Below, piece by piece: positions 19,590 through 28,464 of a DNA stretch of 64,000 bases. The translations under genes and the position numbers were made by a program. The stretch lies in the NCBI GenBank assembly GCA_963803705.1, contig CAWDNU010000003.1:64001-128000 (forward strand), read 5' to 3'. Below the pieces are notes generated by a model, which ran no database searches, was not told the origin of the DNA, and was given only the letters and a program-made list of their open reading frames with translations. Each line of letters begins with the position of its first letter. The first letter of the stretch is position 1. The stretch is from an uncultured Pseudobdellovibrionaceae bacterium. GTDB taxonomy: Bacteria; Bdellovibrionota; Bdellovibrionia; Bdellovibrionales; UBA1609.

Positions 19590-19749
19590 TTGTGTAAGTT
19601 ATATGTAAGGTTTTTGTAAGTACACATGAAATTTATAAGTTGTCCTTTCATCTAATGACCTTAGCTTCGATTTGAGTACTTTTTAGCTTAAATATTATTA
19701 TATACTATCAAATAATATGATATATTATACTCAATCAAAAGGAGTAATT

Positions 19750-19980
19750 ATGAGCATGATTAAAAAATCAATAAATATTGATGAGACAATCGCTAAAGAT
19801 ATCGATCAAATTATTAAAGATAATCCAGAAATGACTTTTACAACCATTACTATACAAGCTTTAAAAAACTGGATCGAAAATCCTGTAATTAAAATAGCAA
19901 GACCAAGGCAGGTTACTGATAGTGATCTCAAAAATATGATCGAAGAAGATAAAGAGTTATTAATGGACCTCGCTAAATGA
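19750..19980 (+). CDS. Probable antitoxin (ribbon-helix-helix-like) of a Doc-type TA pair
   Basis: KKSINID beta-strand then helices; C-terminal ELLMDLAK as seen in Doc partners; ATGA overlap with the toxin. Confidence 0.65.
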   Translation: MSMIKKSINIDETIAKDIDQIIKDNPEMTFTTITIQALKNWIENPVIKIARPRQVTDSDLKNMIEEDKELLMDLAK

Positions 19981-20409
19981 TTGCAGAAATTGAAACAGAT
20001 TGGATCATAGGTATTAACAAAGCTGTAATCAAAAAATGCAAATTCTTGGAGTTCTCATTCAAAAGAAAATCATTTTTTACGAGATGAAAGTGGACTTAAA
20101 TCATGTCTTGCCTGTATCTTTTATAGAGACGCTAGAGGGGTTTATTTAAATGCTCCAATTCAAAAACTAGCAGGGCTTTTATTATTTAGAATCGCTGAAG
20201 GTCAATATTTTGAAAATGGGAATAAAAGGACAGCATTTTTAAGTTTAAGAGTCTTTTTGAAAAAAAATGGATATGGATTAAATTACACTAAAAAGAGTAT
20301 GAGTGATTTGTTGTGGGGTTTTGCTACTCCAATCAAAAGTTTAGCTCCAAAATATAAAGAAAAAGATGCCGTTTTGTTTATTGAAGAAAACATCTATATT
20401 TTACCGTAA
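19977..20409 (+). pseudogene. doc: Doc/Fic-family toxin, frameshifted (not in the ORF track)
   Basis: Removing one A from the A6 run at 20031-20036 gives MIAEIETDWIIGINKAVI..LRDESGLKSCL..IAEGQYFENGNKRTAFL..FLKKNGY.. Confidence 0.8.
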
Positions 20410-20573
20410 CTAGAGACTTAAGAACCAAGTATGATGAAAAAAAAAAAAATTTTAACTTTGAAGATACAAAATAAAGGTCGATACGATTTATGTGCTTCTC
20501 GATTTATATAAAAAGTAACTCGGTCTCAAACACGGTCTTTTAATTCAGATAAAGCTTTGATATTGACAGATTT

Positions 20574-21035
20574 ATGGAATTGTCAGAATTAAAATCAGAA
20601 ATCGAAGCCTTAAAACAAAACACATTCAACCCAACTAAATTTAGATACCCCAATGACATTAGACAGAAAATTAAGTTGATAAATGATCAGGGCCTAAATA
20701 TTCAAAAGATAAGTGAATATTTAGGACCCCCCCATCAAACGATTAGAAATTGGCTTTCAGAAATTCGTAATAAGTTTGCCCACTCACTAAATTTCATTGA
20801 TCTGGAGATAGAAGTTAAAAAAATAAAGATGATATCCAATATAGAAAAAGATGAAGATTTTACGAAATTAAACTTCTTCCAAAAATATTCGCTTATGGCA
20901 TTAATTAATGTCCATTATTTAAATAATTTGAAAATGAAAACCCAATATATTGAACAAAGAGAAATTTATTTTAAAAATACAGAAAAACAGATATTAGAAG
21001 GCTTTAGAGTCATTTATAAAGAAAAATCTACTTAA
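20574..21035 (+). CDS. Probably chimeric ORF: transposase-like HTH joined to a HEPN/MltR-like C-terminus
   Basis: YPNDIRQKI..GLNIQKISEYLG..HQTIRNW followed by IRNKFAH (RxxxxH). Confidence 0.45.
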   Translation: MELSELKSEIEALKQNTFNPTKFRYPNDIRQKIKLINDQGLNIQKISEYLGPPHQTIRNWLSEIRNKFAHSLNFIDLEIEVKKIKMISNIEKDEDFTKLNFFQKYSLMALINVHYLNNLKMKTQYIEQREIYFKNTEKQILEGFRVIYKEKST

Positions 21036-21057
21036 CTAAAATGGTATAAATGAAGCC
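21030..21057 (-). other. Degenerate dif-like site associated with repeat copy C
   Basis: Minus strand GGCTTCATTTA-TACCAT-TTTAGTTAAGT, at the same 31-bp spacing from the repeat as the site at 17604. Confidence 0.35.
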
Positions 21058-21078
21058 TTATTAAAGTTGCAGGAATTT

Positions 21079-21169
21079 AACTTAAGAATAGACTTTGTGA
21101 CCAAATAAACTAAAACCCTTCTTCGCAGAAAAGCTCATTGAATCTAAAAACTGTTTCATTAATCACTAG
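21079..21169 (-). repeat. ~90-bp dispersed non-coding repeat, copy C (inverted)
   Basis: Reverse complement reads CTAGTGATTAATGAAA...AATGAGCTTTTCT-GCGA-AGAAGGGTTT...AAGTCT. Confidence 0.85.
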
Positions 21170-21342
21170 TTCACCTTTTAATCTGATCATATTTCACTGG
21201 CCATTTAATTGCACTCCGCTCAATTCAAATTTTATGAAGCAGCACACGGTCGAAGATCTAAATTGCAAGATCAGCTCTACAGTGGATTAAAACTTTTTAA
21301 AAGTTTACGAATTCGGAATTATTAGCTCAGTAAATGAGTTGG

Positions 21343-21987
21343 CTATTTCAAATTAAGTAACTTCTTAAATGGGCACTTTGATGTAGCTTGCATTTCCCTG
21401 CCAGTGTATTGTAACCACTCTGGGGAATTACCAAAGTCTTTCATCATGGGGTTCTCGCTTCCTTGAAGCTTTTTATCCCTACCTCTAATTATACGCTTCA
21501 TCTTGTCAAAGATGCCCATTTTCCTTAAATGTGTGAATTGTCTATGCAAGTTAAAAACAATAGCGGGTTTAGAGCTTCGCCTGGATTGTCTGGGGTTTTC
21601 TGGATGTAGTAAAATCAAGAAGTACGCGCTACCGCCTACACTAAAGCCAAAATCTTTATCATCTGGGTTGAGTGAAACGCTGTTATCATAGTCTCCTTGA
21701 TCGATTTCCATAGTTCTTAACTTAGATAGAAGGTCCCAAAAAAAACTTTCGAACTCTTGGAAATTAGGTTCTATTAAATCATCCTTAGAAAACTCAGCAA
21801 TAAAGCTAGATAAGTTGGAATTTCCCTTTGTATCGTGATCGAACCTTTCTAATTTTGCTCGCAATTCGATGGCTGTGGTATTCCCATAGGAAAAGTTTTC
21901 GACAATTAAATTACCTTTAGCGAGGACTGACTTAGCCATTGTACAAGGAAATTTCAAATCTAAAATCAAAGCTTCAACAGCGCCCAT
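21343..21987 (-). CDS. YqcI/YcgG-family (GntA-like heme-dependent N-hydroxylase) protein
   Basis: FPCTMAKS, FGFSVGG, LHP..PR.SR, VFNLHRQF, IRGRD..LQG..NP motifs. Confidence 0.85.
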   Translation of the reverse strand: MGAVEALILDLKFPCTMAKSVLAKGNLIVENFSYGNTTAIELRAKLERFDHDTKGNSNLSSFIAEFSKDDLIEPNFQEFESFFWDLLSKLRTMEIDQGDYDNSVSLNPDDKDFGFSVGGSAYFLILLHPENPRQSRRSSKPAIVFNLHRQFTHLRKMGIFDKMKRIIRGRDKKLQGSENPMMKDFGNSPEWLQYTGREMQATSKCPFKKLLNLK

Positions 21988-22262
21988 AAGACCACCTTTT
22001 CGTCTTCAAACTACTCATAAAAAGATGCTAATTCTTCTAGCAGAATTTTAAAGGTGTGTAGATTGCTAGAAGTTTCTGAATACTGGACTAGCGGTTCTGA
22101 TGGTTAAGTATACTTGAATATAGATTTGACTAATATGACTCTTAAAATCCTAAGACCGAATTAAATTGATAAAAATAGGTGTTGTTACTCAGATGAATAG
22201 TTCAAATCAATATTGTGAATTAGAGTTAACCTAAATACATGTCAGTGATGCACAACTGGTTT

Positions 22263-22850
22263 TTAAACCGAAGTTGAGTAGTCGATAGGTTTAAAAGTCC
22301 CGTTATTTGAACCCTTAGCCGAACATGCAGTAAGTCCAACAAGTAAGTTCATCTCAGCTTGTATGGTGATAGAGTCACCGGCCTTACTTGCCGGGGGTAG
22401 CACTTCGATTTTACCTAACTTATCAATTGTAACTTTCATAAAGACGTTAAAGGTTGATGGAAGACAAGTTATACTTAAACCAAATTTTTTATTAAAAGCG
22501 TTAACAAGGTTACCCTCGCAACCTTGATGGTAGGGCTCGTTATCATACAAGATTTCAAAGGTGTCCTTAGAGCAAGGAGTCAGTAAGATATCGTGACAAT
22601 TAACATCGTCCTCGACAATAGTCGCCATGATTCTACTTTTAGAAGAATATAGGGGATCTCCTTTTTTTAAATAGATCCTAGACAGGTAGTCGATTGTCCG
22701 ACCAGATGAAAAATACTCTTCAACGTCATTTTCAGCGAAGCAAAAAAAATCAGAAACCTGTTGTCCTTTAGGGTCTGTGATCACCAGAGTTGCACCTTTC
22801 GGCAATTTAAATGCTACTCCTGATCGAGGCTGGATAGTATTTTTGCGCAT
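22263..22850 (-). CDS. DUF1989 / urea carboxylase-associated family protein
   Basis: DPKGQQVSD, HDILLTPCS, GCEGNL, FNVFM, TACSA..NNG..KPI motifs. Confidence 0.9.
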   Translation of the reverse strand: MRKNTIQPRSGVAFKLPKGATLVITDPKGQQVSDFFCFAENDVEEYFSSGRTIDYLSRIYLKKGDPLYSSKSRIMATIVEDDVNCHDILLTPCSKDTFEILYDNEPYHQGCEGNLVNAFNKKFGLSITCLPSTFNVFMKVTIDKLGKIEVLPPASKAGDSITIQAEMNLLVGLTACSAKGSNNGTFKPIDYSTSV

Positions 22851-23038
22851 GAAAAGCTCCTTATTTAAAGCAGTATATTTAGCGTGATAGCATACGCAAA
22901 AGTCTGAGTCACAAACAATTAAATCCGAAACTGATAATCTATAGAGGCCAATGTGTTTGAATCTTCACAGAATCTACAATCCATACTTATGAACTGCCCA
23001 CTAGTGTAGGTAATGTCAGAAATAACAAGGAGAAAAAA

Positions 23039-24754
23039 ATGAATTCGAGATATAAAAAGTTAATAACTACTTTTTTGGTGATTGGAATTCCATCACTTAG
23101 CTACGCGCAGGAGGTAGTGGTAATGCCAGTGTTTGAGTTGTCCCATACACTTTTTCTGGCAATTGTTATAGGTGCAGGAATTAGTATAGCTATGACTATG
23201 GCTTTTACCAATTCTTCAATTGCCGGTGTAGGAGCAGTAATTAGCGGTAAGTTTGCTAACTTCTTACATAAAAAGCCAAAAGCTAATAGCGACGGGAACA
23301 GTGACAATTTGGCCGATCCTAGTTGGTACCAAAAATCTAAGGATCTGAAGAAAAAAATGCTAGGTGCTGCTCACAGTTACGGTGCTTTGGCGATGATTGG
23401 GAGCGCGCTTTCGCTATTTTTAGGTAGTTTGGTTGCAAGTTTGGCCATGCCAGCTTCAAGTTTTCAAAGTGTTATATTTATCGGTCTTGGAGTGTGGGCA
23501 TTTTATACAATGCTAATTACATATTTCAAAAGTAAAATCATTTCAACTGCTCTAGTTCCTACGAACTTTGTAACGAGCAGAGGTTCGGCAGTAGCTAAAT
23601 CTGTGGGCACCGGGCTTCTAGGGAAGTCAGATAAAAGTAGAGTGCGATCAGTGGTTAGGTCAGCAGTAAAAGATATTAAGCGTGAATTTACCGGTGAGTA
23701 CGCTAACTCTAAACTTTCTAAACAGTTGGATGAATTGATCAATAGTAGTAATGACAGCAAAGATGATGGACAGCAGACCTTAGTTGATTTGGCGGAATTA
23801 ATAAATAGAACTGAGATTAGACTTGTTCCTATCGAAGGTGCGGAAGGGAAAAAATTTGTGGTCAGCACAGACTTTAATGCTGTCAGTTTTGGATCTTCAA
23901 ATTCGAAGAAGCTAGGAAGCGCAGTTTCGTCATTAAAAGCAGAAGCACAAAGTAATCAATCTCCAGAGAATAAGGCCGCCGCAATGTTATCAGTAGTGAC
24001 CCCAGCTTCAAAGGAGCAAATTAAAAGAATTTTTGATAAGGTTCGCCAGACTATCGAAGATAGTGGTAACGAAGATATACAACTAGATAAGTTAAGCGAT
24101 GATCTTGACCAGTTAAAAGATGATCCTACAGCCTTAAGACATTTGATTACTGAGAAGTTTAGTTCTGTCGAGCAAGATCACCTGGTTAATGCAGTAAGCT
24201 CACTAACAGGTAGTGACAAAAATAAAATTCGTGAAAATATGGATAAGGTCGCAAACTTTTTTGAAGAAAAATTTAATACATCTGAAAAAAGTAGTGGAAA
24301 ACCTCTGATGATCGAAGATTTCATTCAGGCAAGGGGCCGTACGCCAAATTTCAAGGAACGGCTATCTACCCTTCGTGGCACTGCACTAGATCCATCAAAA
24401 CTTGGTGATGATTTAGAAAAGATTTCTAATGACCCCTCTCAACTGTTTAAGGTGGTGTCGGAACGGGTTTCAAGCTTAACTAAAGATGACGTTAAATCCC
24501 TGGTGGGTACAAATACCAATCTATCAGTTAGCGAAATTGAATCTTATATTAGGCAGTATGATAGATACCACAGTTCTCTTACCCATAAAAAGAGCAAGGC
24601 TAAGCGAATTATTATGGAGGCGAATTTAGCATCTAAAACTTTTGTAGAGGGTTGCTTAGAAGCACACGAGGCAATGCTTTGGTGGCGTGCCGCTTCTCCG
24701 ATAGTGGGCGCAGCAGCTTCTGTAGGTGGAGCCGCAATGATGTTGCTCCAGTAA
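23039..24754 (+). CDS. Hypothetical membrane protein with helical internal repeats
   Basis: N-terminal TM segments, two similar DKLSDDLDQLKDDP/SKLGDDLEKISNDP blocks, C-terminal TM. Confidence 0.65.
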   Translation: MNSRYKKLITTFLVIGIPSLSYAQEVVVMPVFELSHTLFLAIVIGAGISIAMTMAFTNSSIAGVGAVISGKFANFLHKKPKANSDGNSDNLADPSWYQKSKDLKKKMLGAAHSYGALAMIGSALSLFLGSLVASLAMPASSFQSVIFIGLGVWAFYTMLITYFKSKIISTALVPTNFVTSRGSAVAKSVGTGLLGKSDKSRVRSVVRSAVKDIKREFTGEYANSKLSKQLDELINSSNDSKDDGQQTLVDLAELINRTEIRLVPIEGAEGKKFVVSTDFNAVSFGSSNSKKLGSAVSSLKAEAQSNQSPENKAAAMLSVVTPASKEQIKRIFDKVRQTIEDSGNEDIQLDKLSDDLDQLKDDPTALRHLITEKFSSVEQDHLVNAVSSLTGSDKNKIRENMDKVANFFEEKFNTSEKSSGKPLMIEDFIQARGRTPNFKERLSTLRGTALDPSKLGDDLEKISNDPSQLFKVVSERVSSLTKDDVKSLVGTNTNLSVSEIESYIRQYDRYHSSLTHKKSKAKRIIMEANLASKTFVEGCLEAHEAMLWWRAASPIVGAAASVGGAAMMLLQ

Positions 24755-24781
24755 TTAGTGTCTAATCTAACTACTTATTGT

Positions 24782-24809
24782 TAATGCCGATATTAAATTA
24801 TCGGCATTG
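24782..24809. terminator. Hairpin between convergent genes
   Basis: AATGCCGATA-N6-TATCGGCATT inverted repeat. Confidence 0.6.
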
Positions 24810-24867
24810 AGTTTTATTAGTAAAATACTAAATTTGTTAAATTTCCTTCGGATAAATTCAAGAAGTT

Positions 24868-25896
24868 TTAATAGCTTACCTTTGTATTAGCTTTAATAAC
24901 ACCACCTGAAGTTAGCTCTGCCGTGCAGTGAAAAAAGCAACTTCTTAACAATTTTTCTCTTCGTTCAAGAATATTTGGGTCAGTACTGTTGATATGTGCT
25001 TCACTCACACCGCATAGTTCAAAAAAGTCTTCATGTGAAATTTCTCGCTTTTCTTGTCCGCCGAAGTATTTAGTATTAGCTAGGTAGCGATCAATGGCTC
25101 GAAACAAATATTCTATTTTGACATCAGCAAGATTTCCCTCACGCTCGTTGTGAATTTTCTGGTAGGCGAGAGCATCTGAAAGTATAAGAACCGAATCTTG
25201 GAAAGAAAGACTTTTTTCATCGACATAATAATAGTGAAGTATGGGATAAACATGACTTCTAAAGCTTTCCTTAAGTAAAAAATCAGTTAATGCCATCACC
25301 TCCCCATCTAACCTGTTGGCAGAATTTCCAGTCCAAGCTCTTTCAATGATTTGCGCGGGATTTTTACCAATAATCTCCACTGAGCTGCCAAACTTCCTTC
25401 GATCAACCACGCCATTAACTACTGGCAGGATGTAAGATAAACTCAAGGTGGTCAGGCCGGTTACAGTTAAAGCTCCAGTAGTAGCGACTAATGTCCATGG
25501 AAATCCATTTGGTAAATAATCACCCATTCCTAAAGACGAAAAAGTCGAAGACAGAAAGTAGATGTAATCAAGAACTTGCATCTTAGTGTCAGTGTCGTGC
25601 TTTATCGAATAATCGCCATTGTATACCAATAGAAACCACCCCAGCATTAAAAGAAAATACCAAACTAAAATGATACCAACTAAAAATAGGGGACCTGCTA
25701 TTTTCAATAAAAAATCGCTTTTGAATTTATATTTTACAAAAGATGCAAATCGCCAAACTTGCGAGGTCCAAAATTCAGTGATGTAGCCTGCTCCATCGTG
25801 ACTAAGTACAGTTCTGACTACGTCATGTAAGGTTATCAATATTAAGACGATTCCTAACGATATTCCTATGGTTTCCATAAACCTCTTTAAATACAA
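24868..25896 (-). CDS. Ion channel family protein (Ion_trans_2 pore domain)
   Basis: YIYFLSSTFSSLGMGDYLP pore loop; HVYPILHYY C-terminal motif. Confidence 0.8.
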   Translation of the reverse strand: MYLKRFMETIGISLGIVLILITLHDVVRTVLSHDGAGYITEFWTSQVWRFASFVKYKFKSDFLLKIAGPLFLVGIILVWYFLLMLGWFLLVYNGDYSIKHDTDTKMQVLDYIYFLSSTFSSLGMGDYLPNGFPWTLVATTGALTVTGLTTLSLSYILPVVNGVVDRRKFGSSVEIIGKNPAQIIERAWTGNSANRLDGEVMALTDFLLKESFRSHVYPILHYYYVDEKSLSFQDSVLILSDALAYQKIHNEREGNLADVKIEYLFRAIDRYLANTKYFGGQEKREISHEDFFELCGVSEAHINSTDPNILERREKLLRSCFFHCTAELTSGGVIKANTKVSY

Positions 25897-26046
25897 TGTA
25901 TTGGTAAATTTAAATTTTACTCACATGTTTATTGTTATCCAGTTGTAAGTCAATAGACAGTGAATTGGCTATCATCTTTTGTCGAAGCACTAATTTCATT
26001 GCTTTCGATTTGTTTTAGCTAAAGCGTTCAAAGCAAAAATTTATAT

Positions 26047-27177
26047 GTGACAGGACTGTTAGCTAATGATCTACTCGTTGAGGTGAATTTGTCTATTTCT
26101 TTAATTATTTATAGCTCAATTTTACTTCTAATGTCTTGCCTGCCATTAGTTGATTCTTATCATTGGACAATTCGTTTGTTTGATTTTCCACGTGCTCAGC
26201 TTCTTTTTGTCGAGATATTATCCTTGGTGATAATTTTATTTGCCGCTAGTCCTTCTAAAAGTCGAACTGCTGCACTGTGCATAATTTTAGCTTCGGTGGT
26301 GATAGATCTGTACAGAGTTGGACCTTACTTGCCTATATTGCCTGTAGAATCCAAAAGTCCAGAGATTGAATCATCCGGACTTACTATAAAGGTACTTAGT
26401 TATAACGTTTTTATAGGAAACAAGAAGTTTCAAAATTTGATAAATTTGGTAAAAACGGAATCCCCCGACGTCGTAGTATTGCTCGAGACAAATACAAAGT
26501 GGATGCAGGAAACTAGAGTTCTGAAAGAAGATTATCTCTACTCGAAGTTTTTACCCAGGGACAATACTTATGGAATAGTTTTGCTATCGAAGTATCCAAT
26601 GCAAAATTTGGAAGTAAAATATCTTGTCGATAAGAATGTACCTTCAATTTTTGCTGATCTAAAACTTTTTGACCAACTTATTAAGGTTGCGATTCTTCAC
26701 CCAAGACCACCCAGGCCGAAAGAAGGGTCGAGTTTACAAAGAGACGGTGAATTGGCCGAAGCAGCTACAATCTTAAAGCAATATAAAAATATGCCCATCT
26801 TAGTGATTGGGGATTTTAATGATGTAGCTTGGTCACACAGTTCAAGACTGTTCAAAAGAGTAGCAGGGCTTTTGGATCCCAGAATAGGTAGAGGCTTTTA
26901 CAACACTTTTCACACGAGCTACCCCTTTTTAAGGTTCCCTTTAGATCACATTTTCCACAATCAGTTTCTAAAAACAAAAAGCCTTTCGGTGCTATCTGAT
27001 ATAGGGTCTGATCACTACCCAATACAGGGAGTTTTCAGTTTGGAAAATTCAAAAGAGAATCAGAATAAGCCAGAAACCCCTTCCGAAGATGACAATGAAG
27101 AGATACGTGAAACTAAAGCAGATGCAAAAAAATGGACAGGTATGGGTAGCGACGAAGACTCTGAAGAGTCGGAGTAA
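26047..27177 (+). CDS. Membrane-anchored endonuclease/exonuclease/phosphatase family protein
   Basis: SYNV, PDVVVLLE, GDFND, LDHIF, SDHYP motifs. Confidence 0.9.
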   Translation: MTGLLANDLLVEVNLSISLIIYSSILLLMSCLPLVDSYHWTIRLFDFPRAQLLFVEILSLVIILFAASPSKSRTAALCIILASVVIDLYRVGPYLPILPVESKSPEIESSGLTIKVLSYNVFIGNKKFQNLINLVKTESPDVVVLLETNTKWMQETRVLKEDYLYSKFLPRDNTYGIVLLSKYPMQNLEVKYLVDKNVPSIFADLKLFDQLIKVAILHPRPPRPKEGSSLQRDGELAEAATILKQYKNMPILVIGDFNDVAWSHSSRLFKRVAGLLDPRIGRGFYNTFHTSYPFLRFPLDHIFHNQFLKTKSLSVLSDIGSDHYPIQGVFSLENSKENQNKPETPSEDDNEEIRETKADAKKWTGMGSDEDSEESE

Positions 27178-27532
27178 AAAAAGAAACTGTACGCACTAAT
27201 AGAAGCTTTAGTACTTAAGCTTTAAACTTTAAACTATTTTTTGATCAAACAGTTTTTCCTTAACTTTTCCAATATCCTTATAGAAAAATTTACAGACAAT
27301 TTATCTTTCTTTGCACAATCTTTTGCGGGTTTAAACTACCAAATATCTTGCCACAGATTCCCTCGCAATCCTAGATGTTAGTTGTTTTTTTGCCTTCGCT
27401 TTAACAGTAATAATATAGAGTACTAATTTAATTCTCTATTAATAATCGCCATAAACTGTCAGCTAAAATGTAAAAAAGTAGAGTCAACTTTTGCAATACG
27501 CCCTGTAAGCTAAGCTAGAAGGCTTTAAGCGC

Positions 27533-27548
27533 TGGACCTTTTATTGCC
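27533..27548 (+). promoter_or_regulatory. Possible sigma54 promoter
   Basis: TGGACCTTTTATTGCC (GG-N10-GC) upstream of GGAGG and ATG 27571. Confidence 0.45.
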
Positions 27549-27570
27549 TTGTAATAGCGGAGGTTTTATT

Positions 27571-28464
27571 ATGACTAAAATAAAATGCGGTACGTTTCTT
27601 GGATTTTTAGTTTTATGTTTTTCTCAAACTGAAACTTTTGCCAACCAGTGCGATATTTCAGGTTTTAGTATATACAAGGTTGGGGGTTACACCCTTTCAA
27701 ATAGTGAAATTAATATTTTAGCACAAGACAGGTTTACACAGTATTCAATCGGCGTGGGAAAAGATGAGGTGGTAAGAAAACTCACAGTTATGATTGAATC
27801 ACAAAATTCTAACCCTAGAGGTTCCAGAAATCCTAAAGAATTGGCTGAAAAAATTTACAAAGTATCTGAAGCTTACGGAGTTGATCCAATATTGTACGGG
27901 GCAAAGATTTGGCAGGAATCAGGTCTGTTCAATGTAGACGTAGTTAATCCAAAGGGTAAAGACACAGGCTTAAGTCAAATGACCAGTGCAGGGCTAAATG
28001 AAGTTTATGAGCAGTATAAAAAAATTAATTCTAGAGCTAAATCTGAGCGTCCGATTGGAAATATCCTATATGGTTTATCAAAAAGGTATTTTGGTTCCGT
28101 TCAGGCTACTAACCGTTGGTTCAAATGGGTGATTGAAACAAACAACACGCAAAAAAAGCAGACTCTTGTTCAAAGTGTAGACTATGCGCTAGCAATAGGC
28201 GCTTCATTATTTAAAATATATTTGGCAGAAGATCTTGGAAGCTACAACAAGGCTATCAAAAGATTTAATGGTGGTGGAACTAATGGATATTTATCACAAC
28301 TTACTAATAAGGCCGCAACAGTCAGAAATATGAATCTTAGCTGCGCACAAGATGCCGAAATAGATTTGATAAACAGGGTTTGTGAAATAGTGGGCACGGA
28401 AAATGCTTGTGAACAAGTCATTCAACAGGTGTTAAGTGATTCAAAAAGGTTATATGATATATAA
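27571..28464 (+). CDS. Secreted lytic transglycosylase (SLT domain)
   Basis: YGVDP..AKIWQESGLFN (catalytic Glu), GLSQM, AIKRFNGG motifs; signal peptide. Confidence 0.8.
   Translation: MTKIKCGTFLGFLVLCFSQTETFANQCDISGFSIYKVGGYTLSNSEINILAQDRFTQYSIGVGKDEVVRKLTVMIESQNSNPRGSRNPKELAEKIYKVSEAYGVDPILYGAKIWQESGLFNVDVVNPKGKDTGLSQMTSAGLNEVYEQYKKINSRAKSERPIGNILYGLSKRYFGSVQATNRWFKWVIETNNTQKKQTLVQSVDYALAIGASLFKIYLAEDLGSYNKAIKRFNGGGTNGYLSQLTNKAATVRNMNLSCAQDAEIDLINRVCEIVGTENACEQVIQQVLSDSKRLYDI

Noticed and set aside
1..21200. Integron with attC sites
   Set aside because: No IntI; genes in both orientations with their own promoters; GTTRRRY motifs near 3360-3410 have no matching inverse core and one coincides with an RBS
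21990..23030. Guanidine riboswitch upstream of the DUF1989 or YqcI genes
   Set aside because: No recognisable ykkC, mini-ykkC or ykkC-III consensus on the coding strand by eye; an Infernal search would be decisive
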